From assembly GCA_964658025.1 (NCBI GenBank), contig CAZZXB010000002.1:1-20053 (forward strand): DNA of 20,053 bases. The letters are read 5' to 3'. The translations under genes and the position numbers were made by a program. This document shows positions 9,352 through 17,088 of the stretch, in pieces. The stretch's first letter is position 1, and each line of letters begins with the position of its first letter. This stretch comes from an uncultured Janthinobacterium sp. (lineage in GTDB: Bacteria; Vulcanimicrobiota; Vulcanimicrobiia; Vulcanimicrobiales; Vulcanimicrobiaceae). The notes below the pieces were generated by a model. The model saw only the letters and a list, made by a program, of their open reading frames with translations, made no database searches and was not told the DNA's origin.

Positions 9352-9380
9352 GGGCTCGTCCCATCAAATGGGGCGAGACC
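9352..9380. promoter_or_regulatory. Hairpin/dyad between the peptide gene and the TPR-like gene
   Basis: CTCGTCCCAT-CAA-ATGGGGCGAG (9355-9377) forms a 10-bp stem with one G-U pair. No adjacent U-tract. Confidence 0.45.
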
Positions 9381-9420
9381 GAGCGTTACGATTGTGGAAT
9401 CTTTTGCCGTTTGAAAGTCC

Positions 9421-10833
9421 GTGGTTGACGTGAATTCCTCGTCGGCTCCCGTCCGCGCCGCGACCCGTACGCGATCGTTCGAGGAAGCGATCGCCGCATA
9501 TCACGACGCGCGACCCGCCGAAACGTTCGAGATCCTACGCGGGCATCTCGGCGTGGCGGCCGCACTGCTTCGCGCCCGTGCCGCGCTCCGTCTCGGCGAT
9601 CCCCAAGCGGCGTTCGCGAGTCTCGAACGCATCGACGACTCGACCCTCTCCCATCTCCGCCTCGGCGAAGTCCTCACGCTCCGCTCGGCGTCGCTGACGC
9701 TCATGCGCCGCTGGGACGAGTCGCAGGACACGCTCGCCCACGCGCGCGCGTACGTGTACGGGGCCGGATGCATCGCGCTCGAAGCCGAGTACGAGTTGTT
9801 CGAGGGAATCCGCGCGATCGAAAGCGGTGACGCGCACGCGATGGAGCGGCCGCTCCGGTGCGTATTCGAGCTCGACCCGAACGCGCCCGACGACCGGTCC
9901 CACTATTTCGTGGCGCTGCGGAACACCCGCGCGCGCGCGCACCACGCCCTCGGCGTCCTCGCCGCCCGGCGCGAAGCGTATCGAGAACAGGCCGAACACA
10001 TCCACATCGCGCTCGCCGAGATCGACGCATCCCCGCAACCCGATCTCTGGGTTACCGCATCGACGCTGTTCAATCTCGCGATTCACGTTCGCGAATACGA
10101 TCTCGCGTCGGTCGCGAAAACCATCGAAGCGCGGATCGACGGCGTCGAATGGCCCTCCGAGATCGCCGCGATGCGTTCGGAGATCCACCGTTGTCTCGGC
10201 TGGTCGCGCGCGCTGCGCGGGGATTCGCTCGGCGCGTTCCGCGCCTTCCGACTCGCGTCGGAATGCGCGCTCTCGCCCGAGCGCGAGATCCTCTCAATCA
10301 CCGATCTCGCATATCTCGGTCGCGAACTCGGCGAGAGCGCCCGCGTCGCGGGCGAACTGCGCTATGCCGCCCGCCTCGCCGACGTCACGAACTGGGAATC
10401 GACGGGCGAGGAACGCTACGCCTTGCTCGCGCTCTCGCGCGAGATCGCGAAATTCGATGCCGCGCGCGCCCGCACGCTCTTCGAACGCTATCGGAACATC
10501 GCGTCGCGATTGTCGCCGTTATTGCTCAACACGACCGATCGACGACTCCGCGCACAGGAGGCGCATGCGGAAGGCGTGATCCTGCGAGCCTGCGGCGATC
10601 CCGACGCCGCGCGCGTCGCTTTCTCGCGCGCGTTCGAGATCTGGAAGGCGATCGGCTATCGCTGGCGCGCGGCGTCCGCGGCGATCGAGTTGGCCGAACT
10701 CGGCGCGGGCGCGGCGTTCGTCACCTACGCGAAAAGCGAGACGACGATCAGGCCGCACGCCTGGCTCGCACGACGCGCCGCCGCTTTACCCGAATCGCCC
10801 TCATCGCTCCGCGAGGCGACCTTCGGAAAATAG
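9421..10833 (+). CDS. Alpha-helical TPR-like protein, putative peptide receptor; no recognisable HTH or catalytic motif
   Basis: 470-aa ORF with host-like codon usage and repeated amphipathic helix pairs (ARAHHALGVLAARREAYREQAEH, HRCLGWSRALRGDSLGAFRAF, AEGVILRACGDPDAARVAFSRAFEIW). The start codon is uncertain. Confidence 0.7.
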   Translation: MVDVNSSSAPVRAATRTRSFEEAIAAYHDARPAETFEILRGHLGVAAALLRARAALRLGDPQAAFASLERIDDSTLSHLRLGEVLTLRSASLTLMRRWDESQDTLAHARAYVYGAGCIALEAEYELFEGIRAIESGDAHAMERPLRCVFELDPNAPDDRSHYFVALRNTRARAHHALGVLAARREAYREQAEHIHIALAEIDASPQPDLWVTASTLFNLAIHVREYDLASVAKTIEARIDGVEWPSEIAAMRSEIHRCLGWSRALRGDSLGAFRAFRLASECALSPEREILSITDLAYLGRELGESARVAGELRYAARLADVTNWESTGEERYALLALSREIAKFDAARARTLFERYRNIASRLSPLLLNTTDRRLRAQEAHAEGVILRACGDPDAARVAFSRAFEIWKAIGYRWRAASAAIELAELGAGAAFVTYAKSETTIRPHAWLARRAAALPESPSSLREATFGK

Positions 10834-10892
10834 ATCGCAACGAGACTGCGAGCGCGCGGCCCCGGGCCCCGCGGCGGAACGCCGGCGGAACG

Positions 10893-12323
10893 CTACGGAA
10901 GGCGCTCGATCGCTTTGAGCGCGACGCGGAAGACCGTGCCGAACGGGGGCGCGAGAAGCGGCGCGAGCGTGAACTTCGACTGCCGCATCACGGCACGCTC
11001 GTGCGAGAACGCCTTGAAGCCGTCGAATCCGTGATAGCCGCCTTGGCCGCTCGCGCCGACGCCGCCCATCGGTAAGTTGTAGTTGACCCATTGCAATAAC
11101 GTGTCGTTGACGAGCGCGCTCCCCGAGGTCGTCTGCTCGAGCACGCGCTCGTTCGCGGCGTCGGTCGCGCCGAACGTGTAGAGCGCGAGCGGCTTGGGTC
11201 GCGCGCGGATTCGCGCGAGCGCGTCGTCGAGCGATGCGAACGTGACGACGGGGAGCACGGGTCCGAAGATCTCCTCGCGCATGATCGGCATGTCCCACGT
11301 GACGTTCGTGAGGATCGTCGGTTCGACGTAGCGTTCGCGCGCGTCGGAACCGCCGCCGAACGCGATCCGCGCGCCCGCCGCGAGACTCGCCTCGACGAGT
11401 CCCGTGACGCGCGCGAACGCGGCGTCGTCGATCAAGCGGCAGAAATCCGGCGTCGCCTTGCGCGCCTGCGGATCGCGACCGTACATGCGCGCGATCGCGT
11501 CGCCCGCGCGCGCGACGAACGCGCGCGCGACGGTTTCGTGGACGAGCGCGTAGTCGGGCGCGATGCACGTCTGTCCCGCGTTCGCATACTTGCCGAACGC
11601 GATTCGCGAAGCCGCGACGTCCACGTCGGCATCCGCGTGGACGATCGCGGGCGACTTCCCGCCGAGCTCGAGCGTGACCGAAGCGAGATGGCGCGCCGCC
11701 GCGCCCATCACGATCTTTCCGACGGCCGAACTCCCCGTGAAGAAAAAATGATCGAACGGCAAGTCGAGCAGCGCTTGCGCGGCCGCGATCTCGCCGCCGA
11801 CGCACGCGACCTCGGTCGGCGCGAACGCTTCCGCGAGGATCGTCGCGACGACGGCGCGCGTGTTCGGCACCTTTTCGGAGAGCCGCACGATCGCGCGATT
11901 TCCCGCGGCGAGCGCGGCGACGAGCGGCACGATCGCGAGTTGGAACGGATAGTTGAACGGACCCATCACGAGCACGACGCCGCGCGGTTCGAAACGCCGT
12001 TCGCTCGTCGCCGGCGCGACGACGAGCGGCGTCGCGACGCGCCGCGGTTTCGCCCAACGCGCGAGGTTGCGACGCGCGAGCCGGAGTTCCGCGAGCGTGA
12101 GCACGATCTCGGAAAACTCCGTCTCGTCTTTCGACTTGCCGAAATCCGCGGCGATCGCGGTCGCCACGTCGCCGCGATGCGCGAGGATCGCGCGCTCGAG
12201 CGCGTCGAGACGTTTGATCCGTTCCGCGAGCGTGGGATACGGATCGGCGAGATGCCGACGCCGTTGTTCCTCGAAGAGCGGGACGAACTCGTTCGCTTCG
12301 GAGCGCAGGCGTTCGGCGATCAT
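10893..12323 (-). CDS. Aldehyde dehydrogenase (ALDH3/coniferyl aldehyde dehydrogenase-like)
   Basis: GPFNYP, FFTGS, LELGGKSP, NAGQTCIAPDY, EEIFGPVLP and PKPLALY motifs. ATG 12323 overlaps the upstream TGA and has a GGAG RBS. Confidence 0.95.
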   Translation of the reverse strand: MIAERLRSEANEFVPLFEEQRRRHLADPYPTLAERIKRLDALERAILAHRGDVATAIAADFGKSKDETEFSEIVLTLAELRLARRNLARWAKPRRVATPLVVAPATSERRFEPRGVVLVMGPFNYPFQLAIVPLVAALAAGNRAIVRLSEKVPNTRAVVATILAEAFAPTEVACVGGEIAAAQALLDLPFDHFFFTGSSAVGKIVMGAAARHLASVTLELGGKSPAIVHADADVDVAASRIAFGKYANAGQTCIAPDYALVHETVARAFVARAGDAIARMYGRDPQARKATPDFCRLIDDAAFARVTGLVEASLAAGARIAFGGGSDARERYVEPTILTNVTWDMPIMREEIFGPVLPVVTFASLDDALARIRARPKPLALYTFGATDAANERVLEQTTSGSALVNDTLLQWVNYNLPMGGVGASGQGGYHGFDGFKAFSHERAVMRQSKFTLAPLLAPPFGTVFRVALKAIERLP

Positions 12324-13945
12324 CGGATACTCCAATCGTAAGCGTTCCACGTCGGAACGAAGGCGTTCGGTGCGAAGCCGCGCAGGCGCGGTGCGTACGC
12401 GTACGTGTAGGTCGGATCGAAGAGATACACGATCGGGACGTCGCGCGCGACGGTCCGATCGATTTCACCGTAGCGCGACCTTCGCACGGACCGGTCCGGG
12501 TTTCCCGCAGCCTCGCCGAGCAAGCGCTCCACGCGGGGATCGCAGTAGCGCATGTAATTGCGCTCCGCCGCCCCGCACCCGAGTAAGAACCGATCGTCGG
12601 GATCGGCGCCCATCGCCCACGGCACGTAGGCGAGATCGAAGCGCCCCGAGGCGAGCACGCCGCCGTCGGCGGCCGGGAGGAAGAGCTGGGCGTTCGAGAT
12701 CGATTTCACCTCGACGTCGATGCCGCGATCGTGGAGTTCCCGTTGCACCGCGGTCGCGACCCGAACGCCCGTCGACGACTCCGGAAACTGCACGTACTCG
12801 AGCGCGAAGGCGCGGCCGTTCTTCGCGCGCATCCCGTTCGCGCCGCGACGCCAACCCGCCGCGTCGAACGCGCGATCCGCCGCGGCCGGATCGAACGACG
12901 GTTCGCGGATCCGGCCGTCGTACGCGAACGAGAACGGCGGTCGATCGCTGTCGGCGACGGGATAGCGACCGAGCGTGATCTTCGCGGAGATGCCGGCGCG
13001 ATCGATCGAGGCGGCGAGCGCGCGTCGGATCGCCGGATCGTCGAGCGGCGGATGGCGCGTTTCGAGCGCGATCCCCGCGACGAGCGCCGTCGGGGCGACC
13101 GCGAACGCGATCTTCGCGTGCGTCGCCTCGAGCGTCGCGATCTGCGCGGGCGCCACGAGGTTGAAATCGAGTTCGCCCGAGCGCAGTAACGTGAGGTTCG
13201 TCTCGGGATCGGGGACGATCCGCACGACGATCCGCGCGACGCGCGGCGTGCCGCGCCAATAATGCGGATTCGCGCGGTAGGTCAGACGATCGCCGCGCCG
13301 CCACGCGACGAACGAAAACGGTCCGTCGCCGACGCTCGGATCCGCGCCGAACGCGGCGCGCGCGAGCGGTCCCTGGCGCGCGAGCACGTGTTCGGGGAGC
13401 ACGTATTGCGGGCTCGTGCCGTAGGCGAAAAACGTCGAGAGCGCGGGGGCCCAGGCCCGCGCGAGATGGATGCGGACGGTCGTCGCGTCGGGCGCCGCGA
13501 CCCGATCGATCAACGCGTAGCCCGCGCGCGATCCGACGGGGTTGCGCGGGTCGCGGAGCGCCGCGAGCGTGAAGAGCACGTCGCGCGAGGTGAGCGGCGC
13601 GCCGTCGCTCCAGCGGAGACCGCGACGGAGGTGATAGACGAGCGTCCGGCCGTCGCGCGAGAGCCCGCCGTTGCGGACCGTCGGCATCCGGTCGAGCAGT
13701 TCCGGGACGGGGCGCCCGCGCGCGTCGAGATCGAAAAACGGCTCGAAGGCGAGGTGCGCGAGTTGTCCCTCGACGTTGCCCGCATCGACGTGGGCGAAAA
13801 GCGGGTCGAGCGTCGTCGGGTCGGCGGCGACGTCGAAGCGGACGACCGGTCCCGCTTCGGGGTGCGAGCCCGACGGGCGGCCCGAACATGCCGCGAGACC
13901 GAGCGCGGCGGCGAGCGTCCCGGCGAGGATGCGGCAGATGGCCAT
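12320..13945 (-). CDS. Peptide/nickel ABC transporter substrate-binding lipoprotein (family 5, OppA/DppA-like)
   Basis: Lipobox LAAC, LR.GLRWSDGAPLTSRDV.FT, GDGPF, ANPHYW and RRALAASIDR motifs. Start is 13945 or 13996. No permease or ATPase gene is adjacent. Confidence 0.9.
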   Translation of the reverse strand: MAICRILAGTLAAALGLAACSGRPSGSHPEAGPVVRFDVAADPTTLDPLFAHVDAGNVEGQLAHLAFEPFFDLDARGRPVPELLDRMPTVRNGGLSRDGRTLVYHLRRGLRWSDGAPLTSRDVLFTLAALRDPRNPVGSRAGYALIDRVAAPDATTVRIHLARAWAPALSTFFAYGTSPQYVLPEHVLARQGPLARAAFGADPSVGDGPFSFVAWRRGDRLTYRANPHYWRGTPRVARIVVRIVPDPETNLTLLRSGELDFNLVAPAQIATLEATHAKIAFAVAPTALVAGIALETRHPPLDDPAIRRALAASIDRAGISAKITLGRYPVADSDRPPFSFAYDGRIREPSFDPAAADRAFDAAGWRRGANGMRAKNGRAFALEYVQFPESSTGVRVATAVQRELHDRGIDVEVKSISNAQLFLPAADGGVLASGRFDLAYVPWAMGADPDDRFLLGCGAAERNYMRYCDPRVERLLGEAAGNPDRSVRRSRYGEIDRTVARDVPIVYLFDPTYTYAYAPRLRGFAPNAFVPTWNAYDWSIR

Positions 13946-14019
13946 CGCCGCGATTTTCGGGACCGCGCGAGCGATCACTTGCACCGAACGAACCATTGCG
14001 GTACGATGCAGGCTGCCAT

Positions 14020-14541
14020 ATGAATCTCGGTTCCCGCGAACAGAACGGCGTAAAATACGTCGCTTCCGCTCACCTCGACCATCTCGATATTCGCTTGCTC
14101 GGTGCGCTGCAGGGCAACGCCCGCGCGACGTTCGCCGAGCTCGGCGTCGTCGTCGGGCTCAAACCGCCGGCCGTCCACGAACGGGTGAAACGGCTCGAGG
14201 CGCGCGGGTTCATCCGGCGCTACGCGGCACACGTGGAAGCGCGGAGCGTCGGGCTCGGGCTCATGGCGCTCGTCAGCGCGTTCACTTCAGCCGAAGCGAG
14301 TTACGATCAGTTCACGACGGCCGTCTCGGCCTTGCCCGAAGTCGTGGAGATCCATAGCGTCGCGGGCGAGGAGACGTTCGTGCTCAAGGTCGTCACGCGC
14401 TCGACGGATCATCTCGACGAGTTCCTGACGCGGCTCAAGGCGATCCCCGGGATCGCGCGGACGAAAACGACGATCGTTCTCTCGACGCCGTTCGAACGCG
14501 ACGGATACGCGCTCGACGCGCTCGTGAGCGGCCGATCGTGA
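14020..14541 (+). CDS. Lrp/AsnC family transcriptional regulator
   Basis: LDHLDIRLL..LQ.NAR..FAELG..VGL.PPAV.ERVKRLE..G.I HTH, plus a C-terminal RAM domain (VAGEETFVLKV, RTKTTIVL). Confidence 0.93.
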   Translation: MNLGSREQNGVKYVASAHLDHLDIRLLGALQGNARATFAELGVVVGLKPPAVHERVKRLEARGFIRRYAAHVEARSVGLGLMALVSAFTSAEASYDQFTTAVSALPEVVEIHSVAGEETFVLKVVTRSTDHLDEFLTRLKAIPGIARTKTTIVLSTPFERDGYALDALVSGRS

Positions 14542-15632
14542 TCGCCCGCGCCCCGGACGCGCTCGGCAGTCATCGCGTCCTCGAGCCCCCGGGAGCGTTG
14601 CCGCAATCCGCCTGGAAACTCGACGCCACGCCCGTCGCGCATCCGAACGAGATCCTCTGCGACGTCGAGGCGCTCAACATCGATTCGGCGTCGTTCCGCC
14701 AGATCGCGGAAGCGTGCGACGGCGACGACGCGCGCGTCGCCGCGCACGTCCTCGCGCTCGTCGCCGAGCGCGGCAAGCATCACAATCCGATAACGGGGAG
14801 CGGCGGCATGTTCCTCGGCCGCGTCCGGGACGTCGGTTCGGACTTGGCGGCGACGTGCGATCTGCGTGCGGGCGACCGCATCGCCTCGCTCGTCTCGCTC
14901 ACGCTCACGCCGCTCGCGATCGAAACGATCGAGCGCGTCGATATGACGACCGGACGCATCTGGGTCCGCGGCACGGCGATCTTATTCGCGTCGGGTATCT
15001 ACGCGAGATTACCGGACGATTTTCCCGACGCGGTCGCGCTCGCCGTGTTCGACGTCGCGGGCGCTCCGGCGCAAGTCGCGCGACTCGTGAAGCCGGGCGA
15101 TACGGTCGTCGTCCTCGGCGCCGACGGAAAATCGGGGATGCTCGCGTGCGCGCGGGCGCGCGCGGGCGTCGGCCCGAGCGGACGCGTGATCGGCGTCGCG
15201 CCGAGCGCCGCGACCGACGGCGCGCGCTTCCTCGTCTCGGCCGGATACGTCGACACGTTTCTCGCGCTCGACGCGCGCGACGCGCTCGCGCTCGCGCGCA
15301 CGATCGATCGCGTCGCGCCCGACCTCGCCGACGTGGTCGTCAATTGCGTCAACGTGCCGGGGACCGAACTCTCGTCGATCCTCGTCGCCAAGCAACGCGG
15401 CGTCGTCTACTTCTTCTCGATGAGCACGTCGTTCACGGCGGCGGCCCTCGGTGCCGAAGGAGTGGGTAAGGACGTCACGATGATCGTCGGCAACGGGTAC
15501 GCGACGGGTCACGCCGAGACCGCCCTCGCGACGCTCCGCGATCGACCCGAACTCCGCGACTATTTCACCGCGCATTACGGATCCGCCGAGCGCACGAGCG
15601 CGCCGCGCGCGCCCGCATCTCCGATCGAATAA
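14538..15632 (+). CDS. kdd: L-erythro-3,5-diaminohexanoate dehydrogenase
   Basis: G.HRVLEP.G.LPQ.A, LNIDSASF.Q, RGKHHNPITGSGGM, ASLVSLTLTPL, DVAGAPAQ and FFSM.TSFTAAALGAEGVGKDV motifs; adjacent to kamA. Confidence 0.9.
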   Translation: MIARAPDALGSHRVLEPPGALPQSAWKLDATPVAHPNEILCDVEALNIDSASFRQIAEACDGDDARVAAHVLALVAERGKHHNPITGSGGMFLGRVRDVGSDLAATCDLRAGDRIASLVSLTLTPLAIETIERVDMTTGRIWVRGTAILFASGIYARLPDDFPDAVALAVFDVAGAPAQVARLVKPGDTVVVLGADGKSGMLACARARAGVGPSGRVIGVAPSAATDGARFLVSAGYVDTFLALDARDALALARTIDRVAPDLADVVVNCVNVPGTELSSILVAKQRGVVYFFSMSTSFTAAALGAEGVGKDVTMIVGNGYATGHAETALATLRDRPELRDYFTAHYGSAERTSAPRAPASPIE

Positions 15633-15647
15633 CGAAGGATCGTCCTC

Positions 15648-17027
15648 ATGGAAGCCGTCTCGCCCGAACGTCATCTCAAGCCGCCCGCCGGACCCGCCGC
15701 GTTCGCCCATCGCGAACTCCGTCAGGGCGAGTTCTGGCGCGCGATTCCGGCTTACGCCGACGTCGACGAGGCGACGTTCCTCTCGCACATCTGGCAGGGT
15801 CAGCGCTCGGTCAAATCGCCGGACGAATTACTCGCGACGGTCGAAGGGCTCGTCGAACCGACGTTCATCGAAGACGCCCGCGAGGGCTTCCGCCGCGCGC
15901 CGATGGCGGTGCGCGTGTCGCCGTACATGATCGCGTCGATCGATTGGCGCAATCCGTACGCCGATCCGATCCGCACGCAGTTCATCCCGCTCGGTTCGAA
16001 ACTCCGTCGCGACCATCCCAAGCTCACGCTCGATTCGTTGCACGAACTCGAGGACTCGCCCGTCCCGGGCCTCACGCATCGGTACGGCGACAAGGCGCTC
16101 TTCCTCCCGCTCAACGTCTGCCCCGTCTACTGCCGCTTCTGCACGCGGTCGTACGCGATCGGCGCCGACACGGACGTCGTCGACAAAGTTCCGCTCGCGA
16201 AAACGCCGCGCCAATGGCAGGACGCGTTCGACTACATCGCCTCGCGCCCGGAACTCGAGGACATCGTCATCTCGGGCGGCGACGCCTACCAACTCGCGCC
16301 GAAGTCGCTGTCGGCGATCGGCGACGCGCTCCTCGCGATCCCGCACATCCGCCGGATGCGTTTCGCGACGAAAGGTCCGGCCGTCATGCCGGGCAAGATC
16401 CTCACCGACCACGCCTGGACCGACGCCCTCACCGACATCGTGACGCGCGGACGCGCGCTCGGCAAGGAAGTCGTCGTCCACACGCACTTCAACAGCCCGA
16501 ACGAGATCAGTTGGATCACGCAGAAGGCGATGCGCTTGCTCTTCGAGCGCGGCATCACCGTGCGCAATCAGAGCGTGCTGATCCGCGGCGTGAACGACAC
16601 CGCGGAGACGATGGCGTTACTCGTCAAACGGTTGAGCTGGATCAACGTGCATCCGTACTACGTGTACATGCACGATCTCGTGAAGGGCGTCGAAGATCTG
16701 CGCACGACGGTGCAGACCTCGATCGATATCGAAAAAGCCGTGCGCGGCATGACCGCGGGCTTCAATACGCCGCTCTTCATCTGCGACGCGCCGGGCGGCG
16801 GCGGCAAGCGCGACATCCACAGCTTCGATCACTACGATCGCGAGAACGGCATCGCCGTCTATTCCGCGCCGAGCGTGAAGCCCGGTCGGCACTTCGTCTA
16901 CTTCGATCCGATCGACACGCTCGTCCCCGCGGCGCAGGCGCGCTGGCAGAATCCGACGATCGCGAACGCGATGGTCGAGGAAGCCGTCGAGCGCGCGGGC
17001 GGAACGCCGAATTTCGTGACGGCGTAG
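15648..17027 (+). CDS. kamA: Lysine 2,3-aminomutase (KamA family radical SAM/PLP enzyme)
   Basis: PGLTHRY, CPVYCRFCTR (CxxxCxxC), ISGGD, THFN.P.E, NQSVL.RGVND and DAPGGGGK (PLP lysine) motifs. Confidence 0.92.
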   Translation: MEAVSPERHLKPPAGPAAFAHRELRQGEFWRAIPAYADVDEATFLSHIWQGQRSVKSPDELLATVEGLVEPTFIEDAREGFRRAPMAVRVSPYMIASIDWRNPYADPIRTQFIPLGSKLRRDHPKLTLDSLHELEDSPVPGLTHRYGDKALFLPLNVCPVYCRFCTRSYAIGADTDVVDKVPLAKTPRQWQDAFDYIASRPELEDIVISGGDAYQLAPKSLSAIGDALLAIPHIRRMRFATKGPAVMPGKILTDHAWTDALTDIVTRGRALGKEVVVHTHFNSPNEISWITQKAMRLLFERGITVRNQSVLIRGVNDTAETMALLVKRLSWINVHPYYVYMHDLVKGVEDLRTTVQTSIDIEKAVRGMTAGFNTPLFICDAPGGGGKRDIHSFDHYDRENGIAVYSAPSVKPGRHFVYFDPIDTLVPAAQARWQNPTIANAMVEEAVERAGGTPNFVTA

Positions 17028-17088
17028 CGCGCCTATCCCACGTGCGACGGCCGGGGAGTACCCGCTCGGTCGCAAAGAACGAGCGAAC

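Noticed and set aside
9318..9390. GACGCAAAG resembling part of the c-di-GMP-I (GEMM) riboswitch
   Set aside because: The preceding GNRA-capped hairpin and the rest of the consensus are not evident. An Infernal/Rfam search would settle it.
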